A stretch of DNA of 64,000 nucleotides from assembly GCA_020353515.1 (NCBI GenBank), contig CP070695.1:839369-903368 (forward strand), written 5' to 3'. A program made the translations under genes and the position numbers. A model generated the notes under the pieces. The model made no database searches. It was not told the DNA's origin and saw only the letters and a program-made list of their open reading frames with translations. Shown in pieces: positions 17,694-27,219 of this stretch. Each line of letters starts with the position of its first letter. Positions within the stretch are counted from its first letter, which is position 1. The stretch is from Candidatus Heimdallarchaeota archaeon. Its GTDB lineage: Archaea; Asgardarchaeota; Heimdallarchaeia; Hodarchaeales; Hodarchaeaceae.

Positions 17694-20143
17694 TGGTCTT
17701 TACTCGTCAAAATTACATTTTTAAGATGTAGAGTTGCTTGTTGTGGATTAGCTGACCTTGTAATTGCTGAACCTACAATGATGATATCAGCACCACATTC
17801 GATAGCTTTCGGAATGGTTTCCGCTTTCAGTCCACCCGCTACTGCAATTGGAATCTTGATAATCTCTCTTAATCTTTTTAATGTGGGAAAAGGAATTTTA
17901 TCAAAATCTGATCGCAGTTGTTGATCTATACCTATGTGTAATCCAATAATATCCACACCAAGCTTTTCCAAATCAATGGCTCGGTTAATAGGATCCTTTA
18001 TCCCAATTAAATCGGCGAAAATTTTGACTCCAAATTTTTTTCCTGCCCCAACAGCATCTTTAATGGTACTATCTGGAGCTATACCTAAAATACATACAAT
18101 ATCAGCACCAGCTAACGCAGCCATCTCTGTTTCTAAATAGCTCGCATCCATTGTCTTAAGGTCAGCAACAATTGTTTTGTGAGGAAAGAGCTGACGTAAT
18201 TTACTAACTGATTCTATACCAGTTGCTTTAATTAAAGGGGTGCCCGCTTCAATCCAGTCCACGCCTCCCAAAGCACTTTTCTGAGCTATTTTAAGGGCTT
18301 CATCCAGATCGCGAAGATCTAAAGCAATTTGAAGTTTTGTATGAGTTTTAATAGGTTGAATATTAAGCTCTCCTAATTTTCGATCTGAAGGGATTCCTAA
18401 ATCTCCCCAGCCTCTGATATTATAATATTCTTTTAAAAGACCATTAATATTAAGGGTGTGACCCTTAGCTGGTCCTTCAGGTAACGATTCTTTTTGAAAT
18501 CTTGAAGGGAGGACATCATTTTCTTTTGTCAATCCTTCTCGAATATTAAACAAGCGTTCTAAATTGTAAATTCTTTCTCCAATTTTCCTGAACTCATCCT
18601 CATCAATATAAAAACCAGTAGCGGTAGTTAAAAGCTTCGCATAAATTTCGACTTCGCACTTAAACGTTGAGAATACAGCCATTGCAGTGAATTTACACCA
18701 TTCAGCAGAATCGAGAGCAGCAAATACATCCTGCAAATTTTTGACTAGATTCGCTTTTTCCTCTTCTGCAAAGGGGTCGACAAAATGGGGTAAGCTTAAT
18801 ACTTCTTGAATAACAGTGTAAGCTTTTAAATGGGTTCCCCCACTATTGGAGGTGACGTAGCTAAGTGCCATGCCCTTTATTCCTCTTGGATCATAAGCAG
18901 GTAATTCCAAGCCTTTAACATGGCATGCAAACTTTGTTGTTTCCTTACCAATTTGATTAGCGGCATTTCTTACTCCGTTTGCCAATAAGTCACCTTCATT
19001 CCTTCGATAAGCAATATTTTCTATTAATGAAAGAAGCGCTTGACCATCACCAAATGGTATAGCGTTAGGAATGATTTTTTTTTCACTACATTCCATAAAC
19101 CATCCAATAACGTTTCCAGTAGAAATAGTATCTAATCCTAGCTTGTTACAAAGCGAATTAGCTTTAAATATAGTCTCAAGATCGCTTATACCGCAATTAG
19201 GACCTAGAGCCCATAATGATTCATATTCAGGACCTTGTGTTTCTATCTCCTTGTATTTCATGATCCTCCCGCAAGCAATAGGACAGCCTCGGCAAGGTTC
19301 TTTCTTCACTAAGTATTCCCTAAGTGTTTCACCTGCAATTTGACGTACATCATCAAAAATACCAGTACTGAAGTTTTTAACAGGAAGTACACCGTGCTTA
19401 TTTACAATGTTAACAAGAATAGGAGTTCCATAAAGTCCCATTCCAGTTCCTGTCACAGGGTGCCCCTTTAAGATCTCTAAAAACTTTTTATTAACCTTCC
19501 GAAACGCGTGTTGGTTAACAGGGACGACTTTTCCATTTCCTCGAACTACAACAGCTTTAAGCTTTTTTGAACCCCAAACAGCTCCAATACCTCCTCTCCC
19601 TGCAGTTCTTGTTCCATTGATTACGCAGGCAAAATGAACTAGATTTTCCCCTGCAGGACCTATAGCTGCAACAGAATGACCACTGTGACGCTTTTTTAGT
19701 AATCCTTCTGTTTCATCGATAGTTTTCCCCCATAGATTCGTGGCATCTTGAATTAAAACGTTCTTTGCATTTATTAAAAGATAAACAGGGGTATCAGACG
19801 CATCCTCGATAATAATACCATCATAACCTGCTCGTTTTATCTCAATCCCTAGTCTTCCCCCACAATGAGTATCATTAAGGGTTCGTTCTGTGAGTGGACT
19901 CTTGAAAACCATACACCACCTCGAAGTAGTAGGAGATGTTGTTCCTGTCATTGGCCCTGTCATAATGACAACTTTATTATCTGCGCTTAACGGATTAATC
20001 CCTGATTTAAGCTCGTCATACAAAATTTTAACGCCATACCCTCTTCCTCCAAGGTATTCTTGAGCGATATCAAGGTTTATTGGTTCTCTTTTGATCTCTT
20101 TTGTCTTTAAATTAACTCTCAGAATATGATTAGCGTAGGTCAC
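17690..20143 (-). CDS. Fusion of aldehyde:ferredoxin oxidoreductase (W/Mo AOR family, aa ~1-600) and 3-hexulose-6-phosphate synthase (aa ~603-817)
   Basis: AOR part: YLGGRG, AIGPAGEN, GRGGIGAVWGSK, CRGCPIAC, GPEYES, LGLDTIS, PAYDPR, ERLFNIREG. HPS part: LQIALD, IEAGTPLIK, ADLKTMD, HIGIDQQ, AVAGG, IVGSAIT. Confidence 0.92.
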   Translation of the reverse strand: MTYANHILRVNLKTKEIKREPINLDIAQEYLGGRGYGVKILYDELKSGINPLSADNKVVIMTGPMTGTTSPTTSRWCMVFKSPLTERTLNDTHCGGRLGIEIKRAGYDGIIIEDASDTPVYLLINAKNVLIQDATNLWGKTIDETEGLLKKRHSGHSVAAIGPAGENLVHFACVINGTRTAGRGGIGAVWGSKKLKAVVVRGNGKVVPVNQHAFRKVNKKFLEILKGHPVTGTGMGLYGTPILVNIVNKHGVLPVKNFSTGIFDDVRQIAGETLREYLVKKEPCRGCPIACGRIMKYKEIETQGPEYESLWALGPNCGISDLETIFKANSLCNKLGLDTISTGNVIGWFMECSEKKIIPNAIPFGDGQALLSLIENIAYRRNEGDLLANGVRNAANQIGKETTKFACHVKGLELPAYDPRGIKGMALSYVTSNSGGTHLKAYTVIQEVLSLPHFVDPFAEEEKANLVKNLQDVFAALDSAEWCKFTAMAVFSTFKCEVEIYAKLLTTATGFYIDEDEFRKIGERIYNLERLFNIREGLTKENDVLPSRFQKESLPEGPAKGHTLNINGLLKEYYNIRGWGDLGIPSDRKLGELNIQPIKTHTKLQIALDLRDLDEALKIAQKSALGGVDWIEAGTPLIKATGIESVSKLRQLFPHKTIVADLKTMDASYLETEMAALAGADIVCILGIAPDSTIKDAVGAGKKFGVKIFADLIGIKDPINRAIDLEKLGVDIIGLHIGIDQQLRSDFDKIPFPTLKRLREIIKIPIAVAGGLKAETIPKAIECGADIIIVGSAITRSANPQQATLHLKNVILTSKDQ

Positions 20144-20291
20144 AATCTTAACCAGCTCTCAGGGCGATTTTACTCTTCACGATTTCTGATAACAGCTGCT
20201 TATGATGGTTTTACATTTTTTTCCACAACAATAATTCCTTTAATTCCCTCTAAAAATACGTGTTTAAATCTTGAATCTATGAGGCTTATTT

Positions 20292-21404
20292 ATGTACTCG
20301 AATTTTAACGAAAATTTGGCAAAACTAATCATTCAATATTCTGTTAATGTAAAGAAAAATGACCTTGTGTTAATTCAGGCTTCAATTAACGCTGAGAACC
20401 TTGTCCGAGAGATATTTAAGGAAAGTATCCGAGTAGGCGCAAATATTTTAAGAATGAAATTCAGGTTTGATGGTCAGGACGAGATATTTTACAAATATGC
20501 TTCTGATGCTCAATTACAATACGTTGACGAGCTTGAAATTGAGTTATGGAAGAAAGCTAATGTACTAATAGCAATCGATTCTGACTATAATACCCGGGAA
20601 TTAACTAATGTCGCAGCAGATAAGAAAGTGATGCTAAGAGAGGCAAGGAAGGAAATCACAAAAATATATCTTGAACGAGCAGCTAAAAAGGAATTAAGAT
20701 GGAATTTATCTCCTTATCCTTGTAATGCACATGCTCAAGAGGCACAAATGGGAGGAATGGAATACTTAGAATTTGTATATAAAGCACTGAATCTTCATCA
20801 AGAAGATCCTGTTAGTTTCTGGAAGGGCGTGGAAAAGAAACAGCAGAAAATAGTAGATATATTAAACAAGGGTTCAGAAATGCAGATAATAGGTGAAGAT
20901 ACAGACTTAACTTTAGCGATTGAAAATCGAAAATGGGAGAATTGTTGTGGCCACGAGAATCTTCCGGATGGAGAAGTTTTTACGGGCCCACATGAAGATG
21001 GGGTTAATGGAACAATTCGGTTTACCTATCCAGGGATATATGAAGGCCAAGAGATCGAGGATATTCATTTAACGTTCAAGGAGGGAAAAGTAACAGATTT
21101 CAACGCAGTAAAAGGAAAAGAGCTTTTAGAAAAAATGTTAACTATTTCTAACGCGAATATTATTGGAGAACTAGCTGTAGGCACAAATTTTGCAATAAAT
21201 AAATTTACTAAGAACATGCTGTTCGACGAAAAAATGGGTGGTACCGTTCATCTTGCCCTAGGCTCTGGCTATCCTGAAACTGGTTCAAAAAATCAATCAT
21301 CCATTCATTGGGACATTCTGAAAGAAATGAAGAGTGATGAATCAATAATATTTTTAGATGAAGAGATGATTTATAAAGCTGGAAAATGGTTAATCCCAAA
21401 ATAA
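20292..21404 (+). CDS. Aminopeptidase, M29 family (AmpS/aminopeptidase II)
   Basis: NLPDGEVFTGP, GELAVG, LFDEKMGGTVHLALG, SSIHWD. Confidence 0.92.
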   Translation: MYSNFNENLAKLIIQYSVNVKKNDLVLIQASINAENLVREIFKESIRVGANILRMKFRFDGQDEIFYKYASDAQLQYVDELEIELWKKANVLIAIDSDYNTRELTNVAADKKVMLREARKEITKIYLERAAKKELRWNLSPYPCNAHAQEAQMGGMEYLEFVYKALNLHQEDPVSFWKGVEKKQQKIVDILNKGSEMQIIGEDTDLTLAIENRKWENCCGHENLPDGEVFTGPHEDGVNGTIRFTYPGIYEGQEIEDIHLTFKEGKVTDFNAVKGKELLEKMLTISNANIIGELAVGTNFAINKFTKNMLFDEKMGGTVHLALGSGYPETGSKNQSSIHWDILKEMKSDESIIFLDEEMIYKAGKWLIPK

Positions 21405-21413
21405 TATCTATTA

Positions 21414-23714
21414 CTAAAGATGAATAACGTCACCACTTTGTAACGATTCAAGGGCAGCACGTGCGACTCGAAGAGCAGAAATACCATCAGAAATAGGAAT
21501 AGGTACTTCTTCATCATTTAATATCGCTTTGGCAAATGCACCAACTTGATCAACAAAAAATGGTAATTGATCAAATTCTTCTAAAGTTGGTTCAAGTCCG
21601 TCTAATTCAGTATTTTTAACAGCAGGCTGTTTTGATGGATCAATCTGGATGGTTCCGTCCTCACCATAAACAAACATCTTTGTATTATTTCCAACTTGGT
21701 CTCTGAGGTCTGCCTCGGCCCAGGAAGCTTCTATTGTAATCAATACCCCTGATTGAGATTGGAGAGTAATGACAACAGTATCCCATGTATCAATCTCAGG
21801 ATAAACAGAATTTGATCCAATTGCATAAACAGTTTTTATCGGATCATTTGGACCTAGAAACCATTGAACTAGATCAATATCGTGTATTGCTAGATCTACA
21901 GCTATCCCCCCACTTTTATCAATGTTCCAAAACCAATCTGCTACTGGTGGTCCTCTTCCCCTTCGGTGCGCATGAATGGAAACTATGGAACCAATCTCAC
22001 CTTTATCTATTACCCTTTTTGTAGTAGAATAGTGAGACATAAACCGACATATCATTGCAACCATTAGTTTGACATTATTTTTCTTTAATTCATGTTCAAC
22101 TGCTTTTAACTCTTCTGGATGTAATAATATGGGTTTCTCACAAAGAATATGTTTTCCTGCATTTGCTGCAGCGACAATGTATTCTTTATGAACGAAAGTT
22201 GGCACACAGATTGATACTGCTTGTAATTGAGGATCATTGAGAGCTTCAAGATAATCCTCGTAAATATTGGTTACCCCAAAAAATAATGCTGCTCCTTGAA
22301 GTGATACTGGATTTCGTGTAGCAAACGAGTGCAATTCTGTCCATGAGCAAGCAGAATAAGCAGCAGCATGAACTTGCCCGATCCCTCCCAATCCAATTAC
22401 CCCTATTTTTAAGGGATTGTCGACTTTTGGAATACCTGAAATTAGTTCATACACTTTTGGAGAAGTCCTTGTAGAAAGCATTGTACCAATGATTCGTTCC
22501 TTAATTCCGAGTTTAGTATTCAATATTTCTTCCATTTCTCTTAAAAATTTTCCAGCAATCAAAGATAACTCAATATAAGACAATTGATGCCAATTAGGTA
22601 AACCAATTACATTTTCAGTAATTTTATCTGTAATAGGACAGCGGGAATCAGTATAGAACACTTCTTGTTCAAAAAAAGGACAAGTAAATGGGCATTTACG
22701 GTTTCCATAACCCATTCTCTCCTTAAAGAGAGTAGAAGTGTAAAGACCAGCAGGATAAATTAACTGTGTTATCTGAAAGTCACGATTAAGACGATCAGCC
22801 AATTCTTTTCCCGTCATCCCAACTATTGATGGATCTATTTGTAGAGCATAAGCATGGAATACATGTTTTCCATTCTCTGGCATTTGAGGTAAGGCTACCC
22901 CTGGAATATCTTTTAATAATGAATTTAAATATAATGAGTTCTTAATTCGTCCATCATTCATCTGATCAAGTTTTTTTAGTTGTTCTAAGCCAATTGCTGC
23001 CTGTATGGTTGTCATACGATAATTATAACCTAATCTCTCATATGTGTACCAAGATGGTTCCCCATGATGTCTAACTAATCGGCATTGCTCAGCAAATTCG
23101 GGGTCATCAGTAACTATAATACCTCCCTCACCAGTCATCATATTTTTGGATTCAAAGAGACTAAAACATCCTGCCTTTCCAAATGTCCCTATTTTTTTCC
23201 CATCATATTCTGCTCCATGAGCTTGACATGCATCCTCAATCAAAACTAAGTTATGTTTTTCAGCAAACTCAAGAAGAGATGTTAAGTCCATTGGATAACC
23301 AAATAAATGTACAGGGATAATTGCTTTTGTTTGGTCAGTTACCTTATTCTTTAAGTCAGTAGGATCCATACAAAAGGTATTAGGGTCAATGTCAACAAAT
23401 ACTGGAATAGCATTTTGATGTAGAACAGCTGTGGCTGTAGCAACAAATGTATAAGGTGGAATTAAGACTTCATCTCCAGCTCCAATTCCAGCAGCAGCTA
23501 AAGACACATGTAAAGCAGCCGTTCCTGAACTAACAGCAATAGCGTACTTAGCACCCATGTAATTAGCAAATGCTGTTTCAAACTCCTCTATTTCAGTACC
23601 ACTCATGAAAGTTAAACGTTTATCACGCATAACACGCTTTACAGCCAAGATCTCTTCCCGTTCAACTTTTCGATCCATTGGGAATAGATCTCGGGGTTTA
23701 ATTTTACGGGTCAT
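21414..23714 (-). CDS. Fusion of DegT/DnrJ/EryC1/StrS PLP aminotransferase and Gfo/Idh/MocA NAD(P) oxidoreductase
   Basis: N-part: SSGTAALH, IEDACQAHGA, FSLFESKNMMTGEGG, GYNYRM. C-part: GVIGLGGIG, HILCEKP, GGIAVDLAIHDID. Confidence 0.9.
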   Translation of the reverse strand: MTRKIKPRDLFPMDRKVEREEILAVKRVMRDKRLTFMSGTEIEEFETAFANYMGAKYAIAVSSGTAALHVSLAAAGIGAGDEVLIPPYTFVATATAVLHQNAIPVFVDIDPNTFCMDPTDLKNKVTDQTKAIIPVHLFGYPMDLTSLLEFAEKHNLVLIEDACQAHGAEYDGKKIGTFGKAGCFSLFESKNMMTGEGGIIVTDDPEFAEQCRLVRHHGEPSWYTYERLGYNYRMTTIQAAIGLEQLKKLDQMNDGRIKNSLYLNSLLKDIPGVALPQMPENGKHVFHAYALQIDPSIVGMTGKELADRLNRDFQITQLIYPAGLYTSTLFKERMGYGNRKCPFTCPFFEQEVFYTDSRCPITDKITENVIGLPNWHQLSYIELSLIAGKFLREMEEILNTKLGIKERIIGTMLSTRTSPKVYELISGIPKVDNPLKIGVIGLGGIGQVHAAAYSACSWTELHSFATRNPVSLQGAALFFGVTNIYEDYLEALNDPQLQAVSICVPTFVHKEYIVAAANAGKHILCEKPILLHPEELKAVEHELKKNNVKLMVAMICRFMSHYSTTKRVIDKGEIGSIVSIHAHRRGRGPPVADWFWNIDKSGGIAVDLAIHDIDLVQWFLGPNDPIKTVYAIGSNSVYPEIDTWDTVVITLQSQSGVLITIEASWAEADLRDQVGNNTKMFVYGEDGTIQIDPSKQPAVKNTELDGLEPTLEEFDQLPFFVDQVGAFAKAILNDEEVPIPISDGISALRVARAALESLQSGDVIHL

Positions 23715-23856
23715 AAGATTCTACAACTCTTTTCAGGTAATTACGGTTGAATCAGGTTTTGTCCAAAATGACTTTTTTAATTTAGAATAGAAAAATAGTG
23801 AGAAACCAAAAAATTTTTTGTCTGAAAATATCCTCATCTTATCTGAAAAAAAAAGA

Positions 23857-23870
23857 CGAAAGTTTATATA
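23857..23870 (+). promoter_or_regulatory. Archaeal BRE + TATA box upstream of the SSB gene
   Basis: cgaaagTTTATATA fits the purine-rich BRE followed by a TTTAWATA consensus. Confidence 0.55.
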
Positions 23871-24039
23871 TCATAATAAGGTGGAATTATATAAGCCCAA
23901 CTTCTGGAATGAAAGAGTAATTGTGCGAATGGAACAATTTAAGTCTCTAAAGTCTATCGAGATCGAAAATTAGAACATGTAGGATGATTTTGCTTTTTTG
24001 TAAGGATTTGGGTTCTATTCGTCGTTAGAAGTGTAAAAA

Positions 24040-24555
24040 ATGTCTTATAGTTTTGATTCAGAAGAGACGCATGACGTCAAGATCGAAGATGTCAAGCCTC
24101 TCGAAAAAAGATTGAATGTAGTTTTTCAAGTCACCAATGTTGGTGAAGAACGAGAAATAAATAAAAAATCAGGGGAAACACATAGAGTATGTGATTTCAC
24201 CGTTGCAGACGAGACCGCATCTATCACATTGACATTATGGAATGAAGATATTGATGCCATCTCGGTTGGAAAGGTTTACAAGCTCAGTAACGGATTTGCA
24301 AATGTTTTTCAAAATTCTCTTCGATTATCAAAAGGAAAATTCGGAGAAATCGGTGAGGACACAACAGTTTTTGATGATGTCAACCAAGACAATAATAGAT
24401 CTTCTGAACATGTAGAAGATCCCCGGAGGAGATCCTATAGACAACGTGGTGGTTATGGTGATAGAGGAGGTTATGGAGGAAGATCCTCTGGTTATGGTGA
24501 TCGCGATCGTCGTAGAAGTTCAGATCGGGATCGGAGCTCACGATCTCGTTGGTGA
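24040..24555 (+). CDS. ssb: Single-OB-fold single-stranded DNA-binding protein (crenarchaeal SSB/hSSB1-like) with RGG/RS/RD tail
   Basis: VADETASITLTLWNE OB motif; tail RGGYGDRGGYGGRSSGYGDRDRRRSSDRDRSSRSRW. Confidence 0.85.
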   Translation: MSYSFDSEETHDVKIEDVKPLEKRLNVVFQVTNVGEEREINKKSGETHRVCDFTVADETASITLTLWNEDIDAISVGKVYKLSNGFANVFQNSLRLSKGKFGEIGEDTTVFDDVNQDNNRSSEHVEDPRRRSYRQRGGYGDRGGYGGRSSGYGDRDRRRSSDRDRSSRSRW

Positions 24556-24587
24556 ACTAAAAGTATCTTAGCTCCCTTTTAAGCCGT

Positions 24588-24617
24588 CACTCGTATTATT
24601 CTTTTTTAATACGAGTG
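24588..24617. terminator. 11-bp perfect hairpin between convergent genes, probable terminator
   Basis: cactcgtatta-(ttcttttt)-taatacgagtg followed by tttatttt. Confidence 0.7.
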
Positions 24618-24643
24618 TTTATTTTCAATTCTAGAAGCCAAAA

Positions 24644-25456
24644 TTAGTATTTTTCATGGAATTGCTCTGCAGCAATTATTGCTCTTTTACTGTCTACCTC
24701 TACTCTTTTCTGTGCCCAAAAGAGATCAATTCCTCCCGCTATAAGAGCAAAGATAAAGAAAAGCCATACTAAAGGATTAAATATTTCATCTATTAAATCA
24801 ACGATCATTTTCGACATGAGAATAATCAAGGAATATCCAAATGAAATGAAAATATAGCTCATCGTGTCAATATAAAGCCAATTTTTGATCCATTCTACCC
24901 CAGCAAACTCAATGTACGCTCCTACAAAACAAGCAATAAACATGAGTCCCAAGCTATTTGAGGCAAGAAAAGCTAAGAAGGTGAAGATTACTCGGGCAAA
25001 TAAAAAATATTGATCTTTCCGGGTTTCGCCAAATTTCCATTCAAAAAAGAAAGTGGGTAGGATGAATAGTATTCCTGGAAGAAAAGCAAGCTCGGGAAGA
25101 ACCATCACTTCTTTACCAATATTATAAGTAAAGATAGAGACCATGCCCCACGCGAAGCCCACATACGCCGAATAACCGTAATCTGGATCCCAAGGATGAT
25201 ATTTCCACTTTCCAGAGCTTACACCCCAGTAATCAGTAATATAACCTACAGTTAGACCAAAAAAGAAGAAAAACCATTCATCCCACCCTGGTTGTGCAAT
25301 TACTCCATAACAAACCATATATATTATCCCTAATACTAAACAAATCCAATCATTCTGAGTTTTATTATTCAACCATAATACAAAAGGAACTCCCCCAATA
25401 AAGAAAATTAAGTTAAATAAGGGAATATAGGGAGCAAGTTGAGCGATTAGAACCAT
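24644..25456 (-). CDS. Multi-pass membrane protein with an internal two-fold repeat
   Basis: About 8-9 hydrophobic segments; GYITDYWGVSSGKWKY recurs as GAYIEFAGVEWIKNWLY. Confidence 0.7.
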   Translation of the reverse strand: MVLIAQLAPYIPLFNLIFFIGGVPFVLWLNNKTQNDWICLVLGIIYMVCYGVIAQPGWDEWFFFFFGLTVGYITDYWGVSSGKWKYHPWDPDYGYSAYVGFAWGMVSIFTYNIGKEVMVLPELAFLPGILFILPTFFFEWKFGETRKDQYFLFARVIFTFLAFLASNSLGLMFIACFVGAYIEFAGVEWIKNWLYIDTMSYIFISFGYSLIILMSKMIVDLIDEIFNPLVWLFFIFALIAGGIDLFWAQKRVEVDSKRAIIAAEQFHEKY

Positions 25457-25729
25457 TAATAGATCACATCAAAGAATAATTTTGACAGTATTAGACTTTC
25501 CATTCATTTGGATGACAAATTACCTGTTTCAAAATCACTTCTAAGTCTTTTTCGTGTCTTGAGTTCGAGGTTATCTGAGAGAAAAACATACCCTAAACAA
25601 ATTTAAACTTACAAATTAAGAAAAGAGAAACCATGTTTTCTACGTAATTCCTTCTTTCAGAGAGTAGTCAATTTAAGTAAATAATAAAAAGATTACCTCA
25701 AAAAGAGTATTGATGATTTTTGCATTGTA

Positions 25730-26077
25730 GTGATAGAAATGGCGCGAGTAATCAACGAAAAGGAATTTGCAGACATTATTAAAGCAAATACACAATCAAA
25801 TTCATCCCGACCTTTAGTGGTAGATTGTTTTACTGATTGGTGTCCTCCATGTAAAGCAAGTGCTCCTATCTTTGAAAAATTCAGTCAGAAGTATACTGAA
25901 GCCGATTTCATAAAAATTAATGTAGATAAAAATCAGGGAGTAGCTGTTAAATTACGAATCCAGGGAGTCCCGACTTTTGCAATAATCATTGGAAATAGAT
26001 TAGTTTCGAAGATAGTGGGAGCAGATATGAGAAAATTAGAGAAAGAAATCCAAAAAGCTATCAATGGAAAAGAATAA
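25730..26077 (+). CDS. trxA: Thioredoxin
   Basis: WCPPC active site, KINVD, GVPT cis-Pro motif. Confidence 0.92.
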   Translation: MIEMARVINEKEFADIIKANTQSNSSRPLVVDCFTDWCPPCKASAPIFEKFSQKYTEADFIKINVDKNQGVAVKLRIQGVPTFAIIIGNRLVSKIVGADMRKLEKEIQKAINGKE

Positions 26078-26325
26078 CTCTCTTCTTCCTTGAGGGGTAA
26101 CTGGGATTAAGCTAAATTCCGAAAGGAGCCAATTGTACAATCAAACATAATTTCAAGTCTTCATGGATTTGAACAAGGAGGAGATAAAAAGGATTAATTT
26201 AGTTTTTTTCATTAATCGTTTTGATTTTTTTATTACATAGAAAAAAGACTTATGATTCAGTTATAAATAGTGGATTAGGAAGCAACTTTGATCTATTAGT
26301 AAATCATTATTTGAGGGCTATTTAT

Positions 26326-27219
26326 TTGGTTAAAGATTACTATGAAATACTTGGAGTCCCAAAAAACGCTTCAAAAAAAGATATTAAAAAAGCATACAGA
26401 AAACTAGCTTTGAAATATCATCCCGATCGTGCAAAAGAAAGTGGTATGAACCCAAAAGTAGCCGAAGAAAAGTTTAAAGAAATAGGAGAAGCATATTCAG
26501 TTCTTTCAGACACAGAAAAAAGGCAACAATATGATCAATTTGGACCCGAGGGATTTGCTCAGTTTGCTCGTGGAGGAGCGGGAGGATTCAGAATGGATAT
26601 TGACCCATTTGAGATTTTTTCACAGTTTTTTGGTAGAGGCGGACCTAATGACTTTTTTTCAGCATTTGGAACTGGAGGTTCTCCGTTCTCAGGAAGAAGT
26701 GGTTTTAGAACCGCGATGAGACCACAAAGAGGTCAAGATCTCAAAATTGCCTTAAAACTTAAAATTTCAGAATTGGAGGGAAGAACTACCTCTTTAAAGA
26801 AAACTATCAGTCTGAATCGCAAATATCAAGATGGTTCTACAAAAAAAGAGAAGATTAGGATTCCAATTCCTCCCAATATTAAAAATAGAAAGATTTTGAG
26901 AATAACTGGTAAGGGAAACCAAGGTAAAATGGGGGGGAGTGCTGGAGATTTACTAGTAGAAGTTTCTTTGATAGATGACGTTTTAGAGATACCTGTTTCG
27001 GTCTTTTTAGCAATTCGTGGTTCAGATCTGACCATCAAAACACCTGCAGGTGAACAATTATCAGGTTATATACCTAAAAACACGAAAGAAAATACAATAC
27101 TTACATTCATCAATAACGACAATGAAAATAAGAAAATAAGGGTGAAATACCAGTATCCGAGGAGTTTAACAAAAGAACAGGAAGACCTATTATCAAAATT
27201 ACATGAGCTCACAAAATGA
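26326..27219 (+). CDS. DnaJ-class chaperone, type II/CbpA-like (no zinc finger)
   Basis: KDYYEILGV...YHPD J-domain, G/F-rich region, GDLLVEV C-domain, no CxxCxGxG repeats. Likely start TTG 26326 after GAGGG. Confidence 0.88.
   Translation: MVKDYYEILGVPKNASKKDIKKAYRKLALKYHPDRAKESGMNPKVAEEKFKEIGEAYSVLSDTEKRQQYDQFGPEGFAQFARGGAGGFRMDIDPFEIFSQFFGRGGPNDFFSAFGTGGSPFSGRSGFRTAMRPQRGQDLKIALKLKISELEGRTTSLKKTISLNRKYQDGSTKKEKIRIPIPPNIKNRKILRITGKGNQGKMGGSAGDLLVEVSLIDDVLEIPVSVFLAIRGSDLTIKTPAGEQLSGYIPKNTKENTILTFINNDNENKKIRVKYQYPRSLTKEQEDLLSKLHELTK

Noticed and set aside
17690-18340. OMP decarboxylase or UlaD identity for the fused barrel
   Set aside because: EAGTPLIK, DLKTMD and HIGIDQQ, together with the neighbouring PHI, fit HPS better.
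26081-26184. SECIS element or c-di-GMP riboswitch call for the structured region
   Set aside because: The adjacent thioredoxin has Cys codons with no in-frame TGA, and the GEMM consensus is only superficially matched.
26221-26325. 35-aa N-terminal extension of DnaJ in the ORF track (similar extensions at 59991, 39429, 41464)
   Set aside because: Downstream starts have RBS-like sequences and coincide with domain boundaries.
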